Below, in pieces: positions 10,693 through 22,860 of a stretch of DNA of 64,000 nucleotides (positions within the stretch are counted from its first letter, which is position 1; the number at the start of each line of letters is the position of its first letter). The DNA is from Eledone cirrhosa (taxonomy: Eukaryota), in NCBI GenBank assembly GCA_964016885.1, contig OZ024743.1, forward strand, positions 183,582,001-183,646,000, given 5' to 3'. The notes beneath the pieces were generated by a model. The model ran no database searches. It was not told the origin of the DNA and was given only the letters and a program-made list of their open reading frames with translations. The position numbers and the translations under genes were made by a program.

Positions 10693-11890
10693 TATGGCCT
10701 TGCTCAGTGTGTAGGAAAGGAGTAGACAGAAATTCAATTTTATGTCCCACCTGCAAAGTATGGGTACATAAAAGATGTGGGATCACAGGTAAACTATCTA
10801 AGAACGTAGACTTTATATGTGGCCGATGCTCAGGTGCAATAGGTAGTAAGTGTCCAAAGGATACTAGCCCCTTCTATTGCCCAGATGGTTCTATAGAAAT
10901 AGTAGACACTTTCCGTTACCTGGGTGACAAAATCAGCAGTGGTGCAGGGTGTTCTGAAAGTACAGTAGCCAGAGTCAGAACGAGATGGAAAAAGTTCAGA
11001 GAGCTTATACCGCTGTTGGCCACAAAAGGTTTCTCTCTAAAAATGAAAGGCAGATTGTATGATGCTTGTATATGAACAACAATACTACATGGCAGTGAGA
11101 CCTGGGCATTGCATGCAGAGGACCTGCGTAGACCGGAAAGGAACGAAGCATGCATGCTCCGTTGAATGTGTAATAGTAATATACATAAACGGCAAAGCAT
11201 AAAGGAACTAAGTGAGAAATTAGGAATAACAGGGATCAGATGCTGTTTACTTGAGAGAACTCTACGTTGGTATGGCCACGTGATGCGCATGAAAGACGAC
11301 AGCTGTATAAAAAAGTGCAGGGCGATCAAAATTGATGGCAGCTACGGAGTAGGTAGACCCAGAAAAACCTGGGACGATCTGATAAATTCCGACCTTACAC
11401 ACTTGGACCTCTCTAAGACAATGTCACTGTACCGAGATCTTTGGCGCTACGCAGCAATACAGAGGATCCACCTTGCCTATGTACAAAGCGAAACCTACAG
11501 TCAGTAGGCGCCTCTTAACCAAGTATACACCCCAATCCACTACCCCTACCCTATCCTCCCACTCCCACCAGCACCACCCTCTCTCTATAAAGTTGGTACC
11601 ACAACATCCAGTCCAAATAAATAAGATCAAGATCGAGATTGTGTAGGTGTCACGGGAAAAACAAAACACAGTCCACGCTGTAATGTGGCCGTGTAGGTAA
11701 CACGGTAAAAAGTTCCCAGTTCCACAGTGTAAATGTGGTTGGTGTTAGAAAGGGCATCCAGCCGTAGATAGTCCTATATGAGCGAGACATGGTCACCCGA
11801 ACAACCTTGCCTCAAGTGGCACAACTCCCGTCTAACCCATGCTAGCGTGGAAAATAGACGTTAAACGAAGATGATGATGATGATGATGAT
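10693..11890 (+). mobile_element. 5'-truncated, decayed RTE LINE (PHD to 3' UTR, (GAT)n tail)
   Basis: WPCSVCRKG...WVHKRC, FRYLG, LRWYGHVMR; internal stops. Confidence 0.92.
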
Positions 11891-11903
11891 ATATGTATAT
11901 ATG

Positions 11904-11943
<40 letters not shown>

Positions 11944-12601
11944 TGTGTGTATATATATATATGTGTGTATATATATATATGTGTATATATATATATATAT
12001 GTGTATATATATATATATATATGTGTATATATATATATATATATGTGTATATATATATATATGTGTGTATATATATATATATGTGTATATATATGTGTAT
12101 ATATATATATATATGTGTATATATATATATATGTGTATATATATATATGTGTATATATATATATATGTGTGTGTATATATATATATGTGTGTATATATAT
12201 ATATGTGTGTATATATATATATGTGTGTATATATATATGTGTATATATATGTGTATATATGTGTATATATATATATATATGTGTGTATATGTGTATATAT
12301 GTGTATATATATATATATATATGTGTGTGTATATATATATATATGTGTGTGTATATATATGTATGTGTGTATATATATATATATGTGTATATATATATAT
12401 ATATGTGTATATATATATAAGTGTATATATATATGTGTGTATATATATATATGTGTATATATATATGTGTGTGTATATATATATATGTGTATATATATAT
12501 ATATATGTGTGTGTACATATATATATGTGTATATATATATGTGTATATATATATATATGTGTGTGTACATATATATATATGTGTATATATATATGTGTAT
12601 A

Positions 12602-12632
<31 letters not shown>

Positions 12633-12697
12633 GTGTATATATATATATATGTGTGTATGTATATATATATATGTGTGTGTATATATATATATATATG

Positions 12698-12738
<41 letters not shown>

Positions 12739-12990
12739 GTATGTATATATATATATATATGTATGTATATATATATATATGTATATATATATATGTATGT
12801 ATATATATATGTATGTATATATATATATATGTATGTATATATATATGTATATATATGTATGTATATATATATATATGTATGTATATATATATATGTATGT
12901 ATATATATGTATATATATATAATGTATATATATGTATGTATATATATATAATGTATATATATGTATATATATATGTATATATATGTATAT
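11891..12990. repeat. (TA)n(TG)n microsatellite
   Basis: Direct inspection. Confidence 0.97.
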
Positions 12991-14160
12991 AAGCCACTAT
13001 ACTTAGCCTTTGTTGACCTAGAGAAGGCCTTTGATGGGGTACCCCGATCTTGCATCTGGTGGTCCCTAAAGAAACTAGGTGTTGAGGAATGGCTTGTGAG
13101 GACAGTGCAAACTTTGTACAGAGGTGCTGTCAGTAAAGTCAGGGTAGGAATGGAGTTTAGTGAGGAATTCCAGATACAAGTAGAAGTACATCAATGTTCG
13201 GTCCTCAGCCCACTCTTGTTCATTATAGTCCTCCAAGCCATAACAGAGGAGTTTAAGACTAGCTGTCCATGGGAACCTCTCTATGCTGACGATCTGGTTC
13301 TTATAGCAGAATCAGTAGAAGAGCTAGAGAATAAATTCTGTCTATGGAAACAGCAGTTGGAAGCAAGAGGACTGAGAGTGAACCTAGCTAAGACAAAAGT
13401 GTTGATGAGTAGAAAAGAGGACAAAACTCTGATTCCATCAGGGAAATGGCTATGTTCGATATGCAGGAAAGGAACTGGCATAAATCCTATAAAATGCACA
13501 CAATGCAGATCCTGGGTACACAAGAGATGTAGTGGGATAGCAGGCAAACTAACAGGTAGGGAGAAATATGTATGCAGTAGATGTACAGGGAAATTAGACA
13601 GTAGAAGTCGCATTGATAGACACATTTTTCAAATGCAGGAGGGTGCTATAGAAGTGGTGGATAGCTTCTGGTACCTAGGAGATCAGATTAGCATCAGAGG
13701 GGGGTGTTCCGAGGCCATAGTATCTAGAATAAGGATGGGTTGGAAGAAGTTTAGGGAGCTGCTTCCTCTGCTGTCAAAGAAGGGTTTCTCCCTGCATATG
13801 AAAGGCCAGTTATATGATGCCTGTGTGAGGAGCGCGATGCTGCATGGTAGTGAGACTTGGGCAGCAACTGCAGAGGATATGTGACGACTGGAGAGAAATG
13901 AGGCAAGCATGCTCCGTTGGATGTGCAATGTCAATGTGCGTGAATGACCCAGCATGGATGTGTTGAGAGAGAAACTGTGTCTGAGAGGGATAGAATATAG
14001 TGTGCGAGAGAGGAGACTGCGGTGGTATGGACATGTGATGCGCATGAAGGATGATTGATGGGTGAAGAAATGCCAGGAAATGCCAGTTGAAGGAAGATGT
14101 GGTAGAGGTAGACCACGAAAAACATGGGCGGAGGTGATGAGAACAGATTTCAGACAAATT
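12991..14160 (+). mobile_element. Decayed RTE LINE of a second subfamily (RT core to C-terminus)
   Basis: [28 protein letters not shown]. Several TGA stops (CGA>TGA type). Confidence 0.92.
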
Positions 14161-14368
14161 TCTATAGACTTTTGACTGAGGAATGTTCTCAAACTGACCA
14201 ATGGGATGCGAGCGTGTCCTATGACACCAAAATTTGTTTGTTCTAACCCATATGATTCCAGTTCCTCAGAAGAATAACAACACAACCAGGAACTGGACAT
14301 ATCGATGTATTGACGGAGTAAAACACACTTCAACAACATGTGTACCTGTCTTTCCCACACCAATTCTG

Positions 14369-14423
14369 ATTGCCTGAAAAGGTCACAGCCAATGATGGCC
14401 GTCACCGAAATATATATAGCAGT
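14369..14423 (+). ncRNA. Type I hammerhead-like motif with core variant CTGAAAA (G8>A)
   Basis: Stem I ATTGC/GCAGT; CTGAAAA 14374-80; stem II GGTCACAGCCA/TGGCCGTCACC (9 of 11 pairs); GAAA 14407-10; palindromic ATATATAT; AUA triplet. Confidence 0.6.
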
Positions 14424-14821
14424 ATATCTATAATCTCTATATATATAAAATGGAAGATGTCTGTCTCTGTGTGTGTATGATATTTATGCATTTCCACATT
14501 TCTCTACAGATTTTGATGATTTTTTTTTCCAATGTGCTCCAGATTTACCAAGGATGATCAACGTGTAATAAACTTTGCCAAAAACTTCCTGCTTCTATGA
14601 AAAAAAAATCGATAAACCTAAATACATGCTGTAACCCTCTCTCTTACACGCTTAATTCCTCTCACTACTACCCTAAAAAATCTATGAAACTACATACATG
14701 CTGCAACTCTCCCTCTCTATATATATATATCACACACACATACATATACATCTAAAGAGAGAAAGGGAGATGTAGAGAGAGAGAGTGAGATAGGTCGTTA
14801 TACAGCGAGAGGTACAAGATA

Positions 14822-14856
<35 letters not shown>

Positions 14857-15256
14857 GCGACGAACGCTGGTTCACACACACAAACACATATATATATATA
14901 AAGACAGAGAGAGAGATTTGTGCGTACTTTATTGTTCTCCATTCTGTAGAGGTAGAGAGAGTATGAGAAAAAAGGAAGAGGGGTTGAGAAAGAAAAAAGT
15001 TTAATCAAAGAATCGCTGCTTTCAACATTAATGGGATCTTCTTAAACTAAAAATTCAATCTGTGAACGCAGAATTAAATATTTCGAGAAACGTTGCAACC
15101 GAAGGAAAACAGGAAGACGATATTTTGGTTCGTGAAAACGTTCCCGTGGTAATGAACGGAAAAAAAGCGAGGATAATACGTTGTTATTTGGACCGAGAAG
15201 AACAATTTCATGCAAAGACGAGACCAAGTTTATGGTATAAATGGAGTCGTTCGACT

Positions 15257-16738
15257 ATTCAATTCAATTCAATATATTTGGCAGAAATTAAAACATAGAT
15301 GCTTCAGATGCCATGTAAGGAAGGGAGGAGGGCAACATTTACACAGTCCGAAACACAGTGGTCCAACACAGGTCCAATTTCGCCTTGAATTGTTGCGTGG
15401 TTGATGCGTTGACTACTTCTTCTGGAAGCCGATTCCAGGGACTAAAGATGCAGATCGAGAAAGCAGCTTTCCGTCTATTTAGGTGAAAGCGGCGGTGAAA
15501 CAGCTTTTTGTCATGTCCACGTAGACCCCTTTCAAGTGCCGGAGTGAATAGGAGATCTTGAGGGAGATCGTAATGGCCATTGAAGAGATTGTGAGCCAAA
15601 ATGAGATCGCCTCTTAGCCGTCGACGCTCCAAGGAGAAGAGGTTCAGCTTCTGCAGCCGGCTTTCGTAGGGCAGCTCATGAAGACCCTGTACCATTCGAG
15701 TCGCTAGTCGTTGAACTCTCTCCAAGTGATGGATATCCTGGATGAGATATGGGTTTGATGCTTGGATGCCATATTCTAGGTGCGGTCTCACGAGGGCGAC
15801 ATAGAGAGGCCTGAAAATTTTTGGAGTGAGTTTGGCAAAGGAGCGTCGAATAAGAAAAAGAGAACTCCTTGCCTTGTTTGCGGCTTGAATGGAATGTTTT
15901 GATGGTTTGAAGGATGAGTCGACCAGCAGACCAAGATCTTTAGTCTCCTCAACCTCCTTCAAAGGAGCAGTGCCACCGTTGAAGGTAAGAGCTGAGTTAT
16001 AAGGTGTACCCACTGCCATATGGCAACACTTATCGACATTGAGGTATAAATCACAGTCAATGGACCAACTCCAGGCGCGCTGGAGGCTGGACTTGAGATT
16101 GTCGATCTCGCTCCTACGGGCTACCATTTTTACATCATCTGCAAATAGAAGCACGTTTCCACCAATCATGTCCGGCATGTAGTTGATGTAGAGAAGGAAG
16201 AGAATTGGGCCCAACACAGAGCCCTGGGGAACGCCACTGCCTACACCCACCCTCGATGACAGACTGCCATTGATCCGAACTCTGCAAGTACGACCCTCAA
16301 GAAATGATCTAATCCACTTTATAATCGAGTCATGGAGACCGTAGTTGCTGAGCTTATGCAGGAGCAGGCGGTGGTTGACAGTCAAAGGCTTTTGCAAAGT
16401 CGAGAAAGATAATATAGGCCACATCTCCATCGTCTATTATCCTCGTCACCCATTCTTCCATCACGAGTAGGTTTGTAAGACAGGAACGTTTCGGGATGAA
16501 ACCGTGTTGAGATGGAGAGATGGCAGTGAAAGACGCAAGATGAGCCATAATTGCCCGCTTGATTAGAAATTCCAAGGCTTTACAGATGATTGAGGTGAGG
16601 CTCACGGGTTTGTAGTTCCCCGGATCTTCTTTGTCGCCTTTTTTAAAGATAGGGCAAATTATAGCTACTTTCCAGTCGGCAGGAACAACTCCGGTAGCCA
16701 ATGATAGGTTGAATAGTGTGGCTAGAGGTTTAGCACTA
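15257..16738 (-). mobile_element. 5'-truncated CR1-clade LINE (RT plus C-terminus), frameshift near 16380, (ATTGA)3 tail
   Basis: VPADWKVAIICPIFKKG, NYKPVSLTS, QHGF, FLDFAKAFD, SGVPQGSVLGP, FADD, RPHLEY, LFSLERRRLRGDLI, WNRLP. Possible TATTC target duplication. Confidence 0.92.
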
Positions 16739-16829
16739 ATATTCTATTTAAAATAACTGAATGATTTCCAGCCCCGGAGTTAAAGAATGATGTAAATAAA
16801 ATTGTAAACGAAAATGACAGAGGTTATTA

Positions 16830-16938
16830 AAATAGTTTCTACTTTTGGCACAAGGCCAGCAATTATCCAGTACATTACTGGTACTTTATTTTATCAACCC
16901 CGTAAGGATGAAAGGCAAATTTAACCTCGACGGGATTT
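16830..16938 (-). mobile_element. Partial SINE (Deu/Nin-domain-like)
   Basis: Reverse complement contains TTTGCCTTTCATCCTTACGGGGTTGATAAAATAAAGTACCAG, as in the 19161 copy. Confidence 0.75.
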
Positions 16939-17029
16939 TAATTTGCCTTAAAATAGTAAAAGTAAATAGTGAAGATTAGGCCAGTATGCGCCGACGGACA
17001 TACACATACATATACATACGCACACACAA

Positions 17030-17079
<50 letters not shown>

Positions 17080-18078
17080 GCGCGCGCGCAAACCGTATGC
17101 ATTTCTACAGTATTTTCACCAAACTTAAGACATAGGTTACTTATGTACTCCGGATGGTCATGGGCACTTTCATTTTTCCAGATATTGATTATAGGGCCTC
17201 CCGGTAGATAACCCCCTTTAACCACTTCCTTGGAGTCGACTGAAGCACTGCAGTGCAATGCAACAAAACATCATAACTTCTGGAGTTCGCAACCGATTTT
17301 CACAAAACTTGACACATGGGCTACATTTGTTCTACAGATGAATGTGAAAGGAACTTAACATTGTAACTTTAACACAGCTACTGAGCAGCCCCGAGCAACG
17401 CCGGGCTTTACTGCTATAGGCGATAAAGTTGTGCAGACAGACAGTCGGGCTGATAGACGATCGAGGCATGCAGACAGACAGTCGTGCAGATAGGTGATAT
17501 AGGCGATAAAGTTGTGCAGACAGACAGTCGTGCAGAGAGGTGATAGGCGATAAAATTGCATTTTTATTTTGTTTTTCATGTCCATCCAATTTCTTTGTTT
17601 CAAAATAACTGATAGTTTGGTTACGCTGATGTTTTTCTCTGAGACAAGTGTTGCAGTGTTTACATTTTCGATTTTTGTTAATATGCAGTTTTTATCCCCA
17701 GCATCCTCTTTTGTTTTAACATTCGAGTTATGGTTATGTTTTCTTAACTTCATAGGGCATACTGTTGGTTGAGGGAATATTAATCAAAAGTACCACATGA
17801 AAGTCTACACTGTAGACTCTACAGTTTTTAAGCCAAGAAAGGAACTTAACATTGTAACTTTAACACAGCTACTGAACAGCCCCGAGCAACGCCGGGCTTT
17901 ACTGCTAGTTTATAATAAACGATGCCAAATTTTACATATTTGACTTAATTATTTTACATTACTCCGGAGTAAACAAACCAACCTGCATACTTCGAGTGCT
18001 CCAATCTGCATACTGAGGTGTCAGTAAACAACCAACATATACTCAAAATATATATGCATATATATGTATGTATGTATG

Positions 18079-18112
<34 letters not shown>

Positions 18113-18117
<5 letters not shown>

Positions 18118-18522
18118 TAATAGAGAAGACCCGCCTTACCTAAGTACAAAGTGAAACCTACTACAGTCAGTAGGCACCTCTAACAAAATACACCCCGCCC
18201 CACTACCCACACCCCATCCACACCACGCCTTTCAATGTAAAGTTATGTTGATGTCACAACATCCAGCCCGAAACAAATGAGGTCGTGTAGGTGTCACGAC
18301 AAAAAAACACAGTCCACGCTGTAATGTGGCCGTGTAGGTAACACGGTAAAAACCTCCCAGTTCCACACTGTAAATGTGGTTGGTGTTAGAAAGGGCATCC
18401 AGCCGTAGAAAACCCGCCAGACAGTCCTATGCGAGCAAGACAACCACTCTTGCCTCAAATGGGAAAACTCCCGTCCAGACCCATGCAAGCGTGGAATATG
18501 GACGTTAAACGATGATGATGAT
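18113..18522 (+). mobile_element. RTE 3' end with (GAT)n tail, between TA microsatellites
   Basis: Matches 8100-8488 and 56228-56654. Confidence 0.88.
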
Positions 18523-19160
18523 ATATATATATATATATACACACACACTAACACACATATAGGAAAGGTATCCAGCTGTAGAAAACTTGCCAATTGAGGG
18601 TTTGGGCGGACCCTTCAGTTTGTGTCAAAAGACACAACTTCCCCTGTGCACTTGATGGAATGTATGACCATACATAGTGAGAAGCAGACTCCTCTGCCTG
18701 TCTGGGAGGTTAGTAGCCCTACTTCAGCAGCCCAACTTGGTCTATGTAGATCTGTCCAACACTTGCTAGAAGGGAAAACAGACATTAAATGATGACATAT
18801 GTGTGTCATCTATATAAAAACTTGAAATCATATTGACAACTAATGATGGGATGTTTCCATTTGTCCATTTAGCCCCAATTTTACAGTGTCTTTTGTTCTG
18901 GCCTCTGTACACCCAGTACAGTCTGTAAAGTATTGGAATGTATGTAAGCAAGTTGTGATTCCCAGCTCATCAGTGAGAACTGTGGATCTGATTGAGTGCT
19001 GTAATATTTTGAATTTATATCGAAATGGAGAGTTTTGTGTCGTTTAAATATTTTGAGTATTTAACTTAGTGAAAATATAGCACAAATAAATTTATTTTTC
19101 CTAAAATTCACTCTTTCCTTTTCATTACCAGAATATTATGGAGTATTATTATTTTATCCG

Positions 19161-19348
19161 GTGGTGGATTGGCAGTATCGGTAGAGAGTCGGACGCCATG
19201 CTTTCCAGAATAGTTACGTCCCTTTACGGTCTGAGTTCAAATTCCACCGAGGTTTACTTTGCCTTTCATCCTTACGGGGTCGATAAAATAAAGTACCAGT
19301 AATGCACTGGGTAATTGCTGGCCTTGTGCCTAAAGTAGAAACAATTAT
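19161..19348 (+). mobile_element. tRNA-headed SINE with a Deu/Nin-like central domain. Further copies at about 19390-19590, 21470-21615, 22862-23090, 23300-23480 (+) and 58820-59200 (-)
   Basis: A-box-like TGGCAGTATCGG and B box GAGTTCAAATTC. Conserved GCCTTTCATCCTTACGGGGTCGATAAAATAAAGTACC and a shared 3' GGCCTTGTGCCTAAA. Confidence 0.8.
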
Positions 19349-19779
19349 TTTACCCATGTAAAGCTGTAGTATATATATATGTATATAGAGGACTGTGGAT
19401 TAGCAGTATAGGCAGAGTGTTGGACATTCTTTGTATTCTGAGTTCAAATCTCTTTCAGGTGATCTTTGCCTTTCATCCTTATGGGGATCAATAAAATAAG
19501 GCATCAGTAATGCACTGGAATCAATTTAATGAACTTTCCTCTTGCCTAAAATTGTTGGCCTTGTGCCTAAATCAGAAACCATTATTTTATCTATATAACC
19601 TGATGTTATCTACAGTGACAGAAGTATGCTTCCAAAATCATCCAACCTTTTCATTACCATATTTCTAATGAAAGGTACATATCATTACTTTCAATTAACT
19701 TTTTAAATGAAGAGTTTGGAAAGATTTAATAAAAACATCATGTGACATTTAAGACTAATAGTAAAATAAATGGAGTGAG

Positions 19780-20640
19780 TTGAGCTTGTCTCTTCCTGAG
19801 AAGGTGGAGGACAGTCGCAGTCAGAGAACTTGGGACAGCATAAGTTCGAAGGCCACCTTCGACTCCCTCTTCATCCAGTCAGGTCAGTACACGGAGCTAA
19901 ACCTCATTCTAAAGAGAGCTTTGGCCCGGGCAAATATCCCCTCAGTCTTGGAACCACCTGGGTTGTCCAGAAGTGACGGCAAAAGACCTGACGGTCTTAC
20001 CCTGTGCCTCTGGTCGAAAGGCAGGTGCCTTGTCTGGGACGTCACTGTTAGTGACTCTTTTGCTCTTTCCCACATCCTGGATGCTGCGGTTAGGACGAGA
20101 GCCACAGCTTCTGCAGCCGAACAGAGTAAGACCCTCAAATACTCTGATCTGTCAGCCAGTTACATTTATCAGCCTGTGGCTTTCGAGACGTTTGGGGGAG
20201 TCGGGCCGCTGACTGCGAGGTTCCTCTCTTCACTGGTGGCTCGCCTAATAGAGGTAACTGGCGAATCTCGCGAATGCACTTGGCTGTTTCAGCGCATCAG
20301 CCTCGCCATCATCCTAGGCAACGCTGCAAGTGTGCTGCCTTGCCTCAAAAATCATTAGAGAGGTTGCCCAGTACTTGCGACGTTGCTGTCTTTTGCTCTG
20401 GTGTTGGCTCCGTTGTTCACCCCTTCATTTACATTTTCTTTAATATTGTAACATTAAAAGAATATATCTTTCTGAAAGAATCGCGAGCTATTTATAATGT
20501 TGTCTAAGCATTTGTAATGTTATTTATGTAAAACATATTTGTTATGTTATTCTACTGTAAATTTATTTATATGTTCTGTTATATTTTCATTCTGAAAGAA
20601 TTGCAAACGATTTGTAATGTATTCATGAAATAAATTAAAA
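19780..20640 (+). mobile_element. CRE-clade non-LTR retrotransposon 3' fragment: restriction-like (PD-D/ExK) endonuclease plus AT-rich 3' UTR
   Basis: ORF 19780-20358: EPPGLSRSDGKRPDGLT...LVWDVTV...EQSKTLKY...PVAFETFG...FQRISLAIILGNAASVL. Confidence 0.85.
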
Positions 20641-22689
20641 TATTATTTAATTAGAAAGAATTCCATAAACCATAGAAAAGAAATGGTGTTTTTGTTAAAA
20701 TAAAGCTAAAAAACCCTATAAAGTAGTGAATGGTAGAATAATCTGTGTTAAGTAATATCTTTAGTTAACATAGCACTATTCATTCTTTAATGAAAGAAAA
20801 CACTAGACTATAAGAAATATAGTAAAAATATGAAATAAATTCTGGTGTTGAATTAAAAAGCTGAATAAAGTAATCAACTTTAATTAACTAACTCTAAGTA
20901 TTGACCAATTGTAAGACAGAAATGTTAATGGTGTCTGGGAAGTTGAAGTGCAAAAAGCTTAAGAAGACTTTAGAAATGTAGGCTTGGGAAAGATGTAGTG
21001 AAAGTGCAGAGAATAAGAAAATAAGGAGTCTAAATATAGATAAAATTTAAAATAAGCAACATGAAAGAAAGAATAAAGAAGAGTTTATACAAGAGGTTAG
21101 GTATAAATAAATGATGCTAGCTGTGTGGTTCTAGGTAGAGAATTTGGGAGAATTAAAGACATGAGTATAAAAACAGGGAAGAAAAGAAAAAAATGGGGTT
21201 AGAATTAAGTGTAAAGTGGGTGGAGGCTTAATTGGATAGGATGAAATAGGTCAATACAATGATAATAGGAAGAGAAATTACAAAACAGAAAAGTATTTTT
21301 TAAAAAAGGTATAGAATAATAGGCTATAGTATAGACTGATAAAGCAGGGACTAGTAAATTTGGGGAAATGGGATAGAAAACTCATAAATACCTAAAACAG
21401 CCAGGCTGACTTAGAGATCTAGGACCAAATAAGACTAAAGAGGTAAAAGAATATCAGAATAGTAATAAGTTGGCAGCAAATTCGCAGAGTCATTAGAATG
21501 TCAGATAGAATGTTTTGTAGTATTTGTTCTGGTTCTCTGCTCTCAGAGTTCAAATCCTGCTGAGGTCAACTTTGTCTTCCCATCCATTCAAGGTTGATAA
21601 AAAGTACCAGTCTAGTATTTGTGTTGGTTTTTCCTCTCTCTCTCTTTCTCAGTTCCATTCTCTCACTCTCTCTATCTTTCTCTGGAAGAAATTGCTGTAT
21701 TCAGACCTGGAGAGAGGAGATGGGCTCCTCCAGGTTTTAAAAAAGCCCTACAAATGCTATATGTCAATATGTCACCTCTATGACCCCCCTCAGAAGATAT
21801 GGGTCCATACATATGGAATGGACCTTCATCAATATCAATGATGAGTGTTCCAGTTGTTTGATCAACATACACAGAGAAATCTTGGATTTGTTCAGACTAG
21901 TTTCATTTCTATTTGAAGTTTCATCAGAACAACAAAACTCATTTTCTGTCCATGGAGAGACTGATTACTTCTAGTTATTTATATATCAAACATAAAACAT
22001 AACTGCATTCATTGGCAACATGGTGAAGTAATTATTTATACAGAACACATTCCACCCTTGTCCTTTAGTACTTAATTAAGAATTTTTAATTGTTAGTATT
22101 TGCTTGTCTTAATATTACATAGTTTCATTAATGCTTATACAATTATCTTCACTGCGATATAGTATCAGAGTGTGTCAGAAAGTTAATGGTTTATTGGGTA
22201 CCTCCCTTTCTCATCTATTTCAGGCTTTGTTTTAAATAATATATCGATATTGATATATTTGCCCCTTCAACTCTATTTATCTGTGTCAATAAACATAGAG
22301 AAATACAATTTATAATACATTGATTGATACTTACAATCTCCCTGTATAAAATATGATATTGAACAGCTCCTTGTATATGGTATAATGTGGGGGTGGGCCT
22401 GTGTCCTGACATGGCAGTTATAAATCATTACTCACTATTTATGTCACCCACTTGATCCCTCAGTCAGCTGCTGTTGTCAGTTGTCAATGTGACCTACCAA
22501 ACTTTACCATAGTAGATGACTCAATTGTTATAGGTGGTAAGAATACTTACTGGCCAACACAAGTTATAAGGGCGTCCTGTTGAGAGCTTGTCATGTTAGT
22601 TTTTAATATGTATGTATAGCCTGGTATAATGTGTTTATTATTAGCTTTGTTTCATCTTTATCGACCAGTCAACAAGTGAGCCTTGGCCT

Positions 22690-22860
22690 AGTCACTTGAT
22701 CTGCTAGAAATGGCAACCAAATCTCCCTCAAATCACATCCTAATAACTAAAAAATGAAGGATACATTGGATAAAGTAGTTGTAGGCACCTAAAAAGAACA
22801 GGATGGTCTTCTTTGATCATAAGTCTCTTGGTTCAGGACTGACCTGGGGCTAAACAATAA
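22690..22860 (+). repeat. Unclassified interspersed repeat; copies at about 26590-26770, 39275-39460, 41480-41520 and 42130-42200
   Basis: Shared GTCACTTGA.CTGCTAGAAAT.GCA.CCAAAT ... CTTTGATCAT ... CTGACCTGGGGCTAAAC. Confidence 0.65.

Larger units (their letters stand above)
14434..17908 (+). mobile_element. Non-autonomous Helitron-like element carrying a nested LINE and SINE
   Basis: 5' end A|TCTCTATATATATAAAA (an alternative TC start lies at 14427). 3' hairpin CCCG-AGCAACGC-CGGG followed by CTAG|T at 17905-17909. That both ends belong to one element is inferred. Confidence 0.65.
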
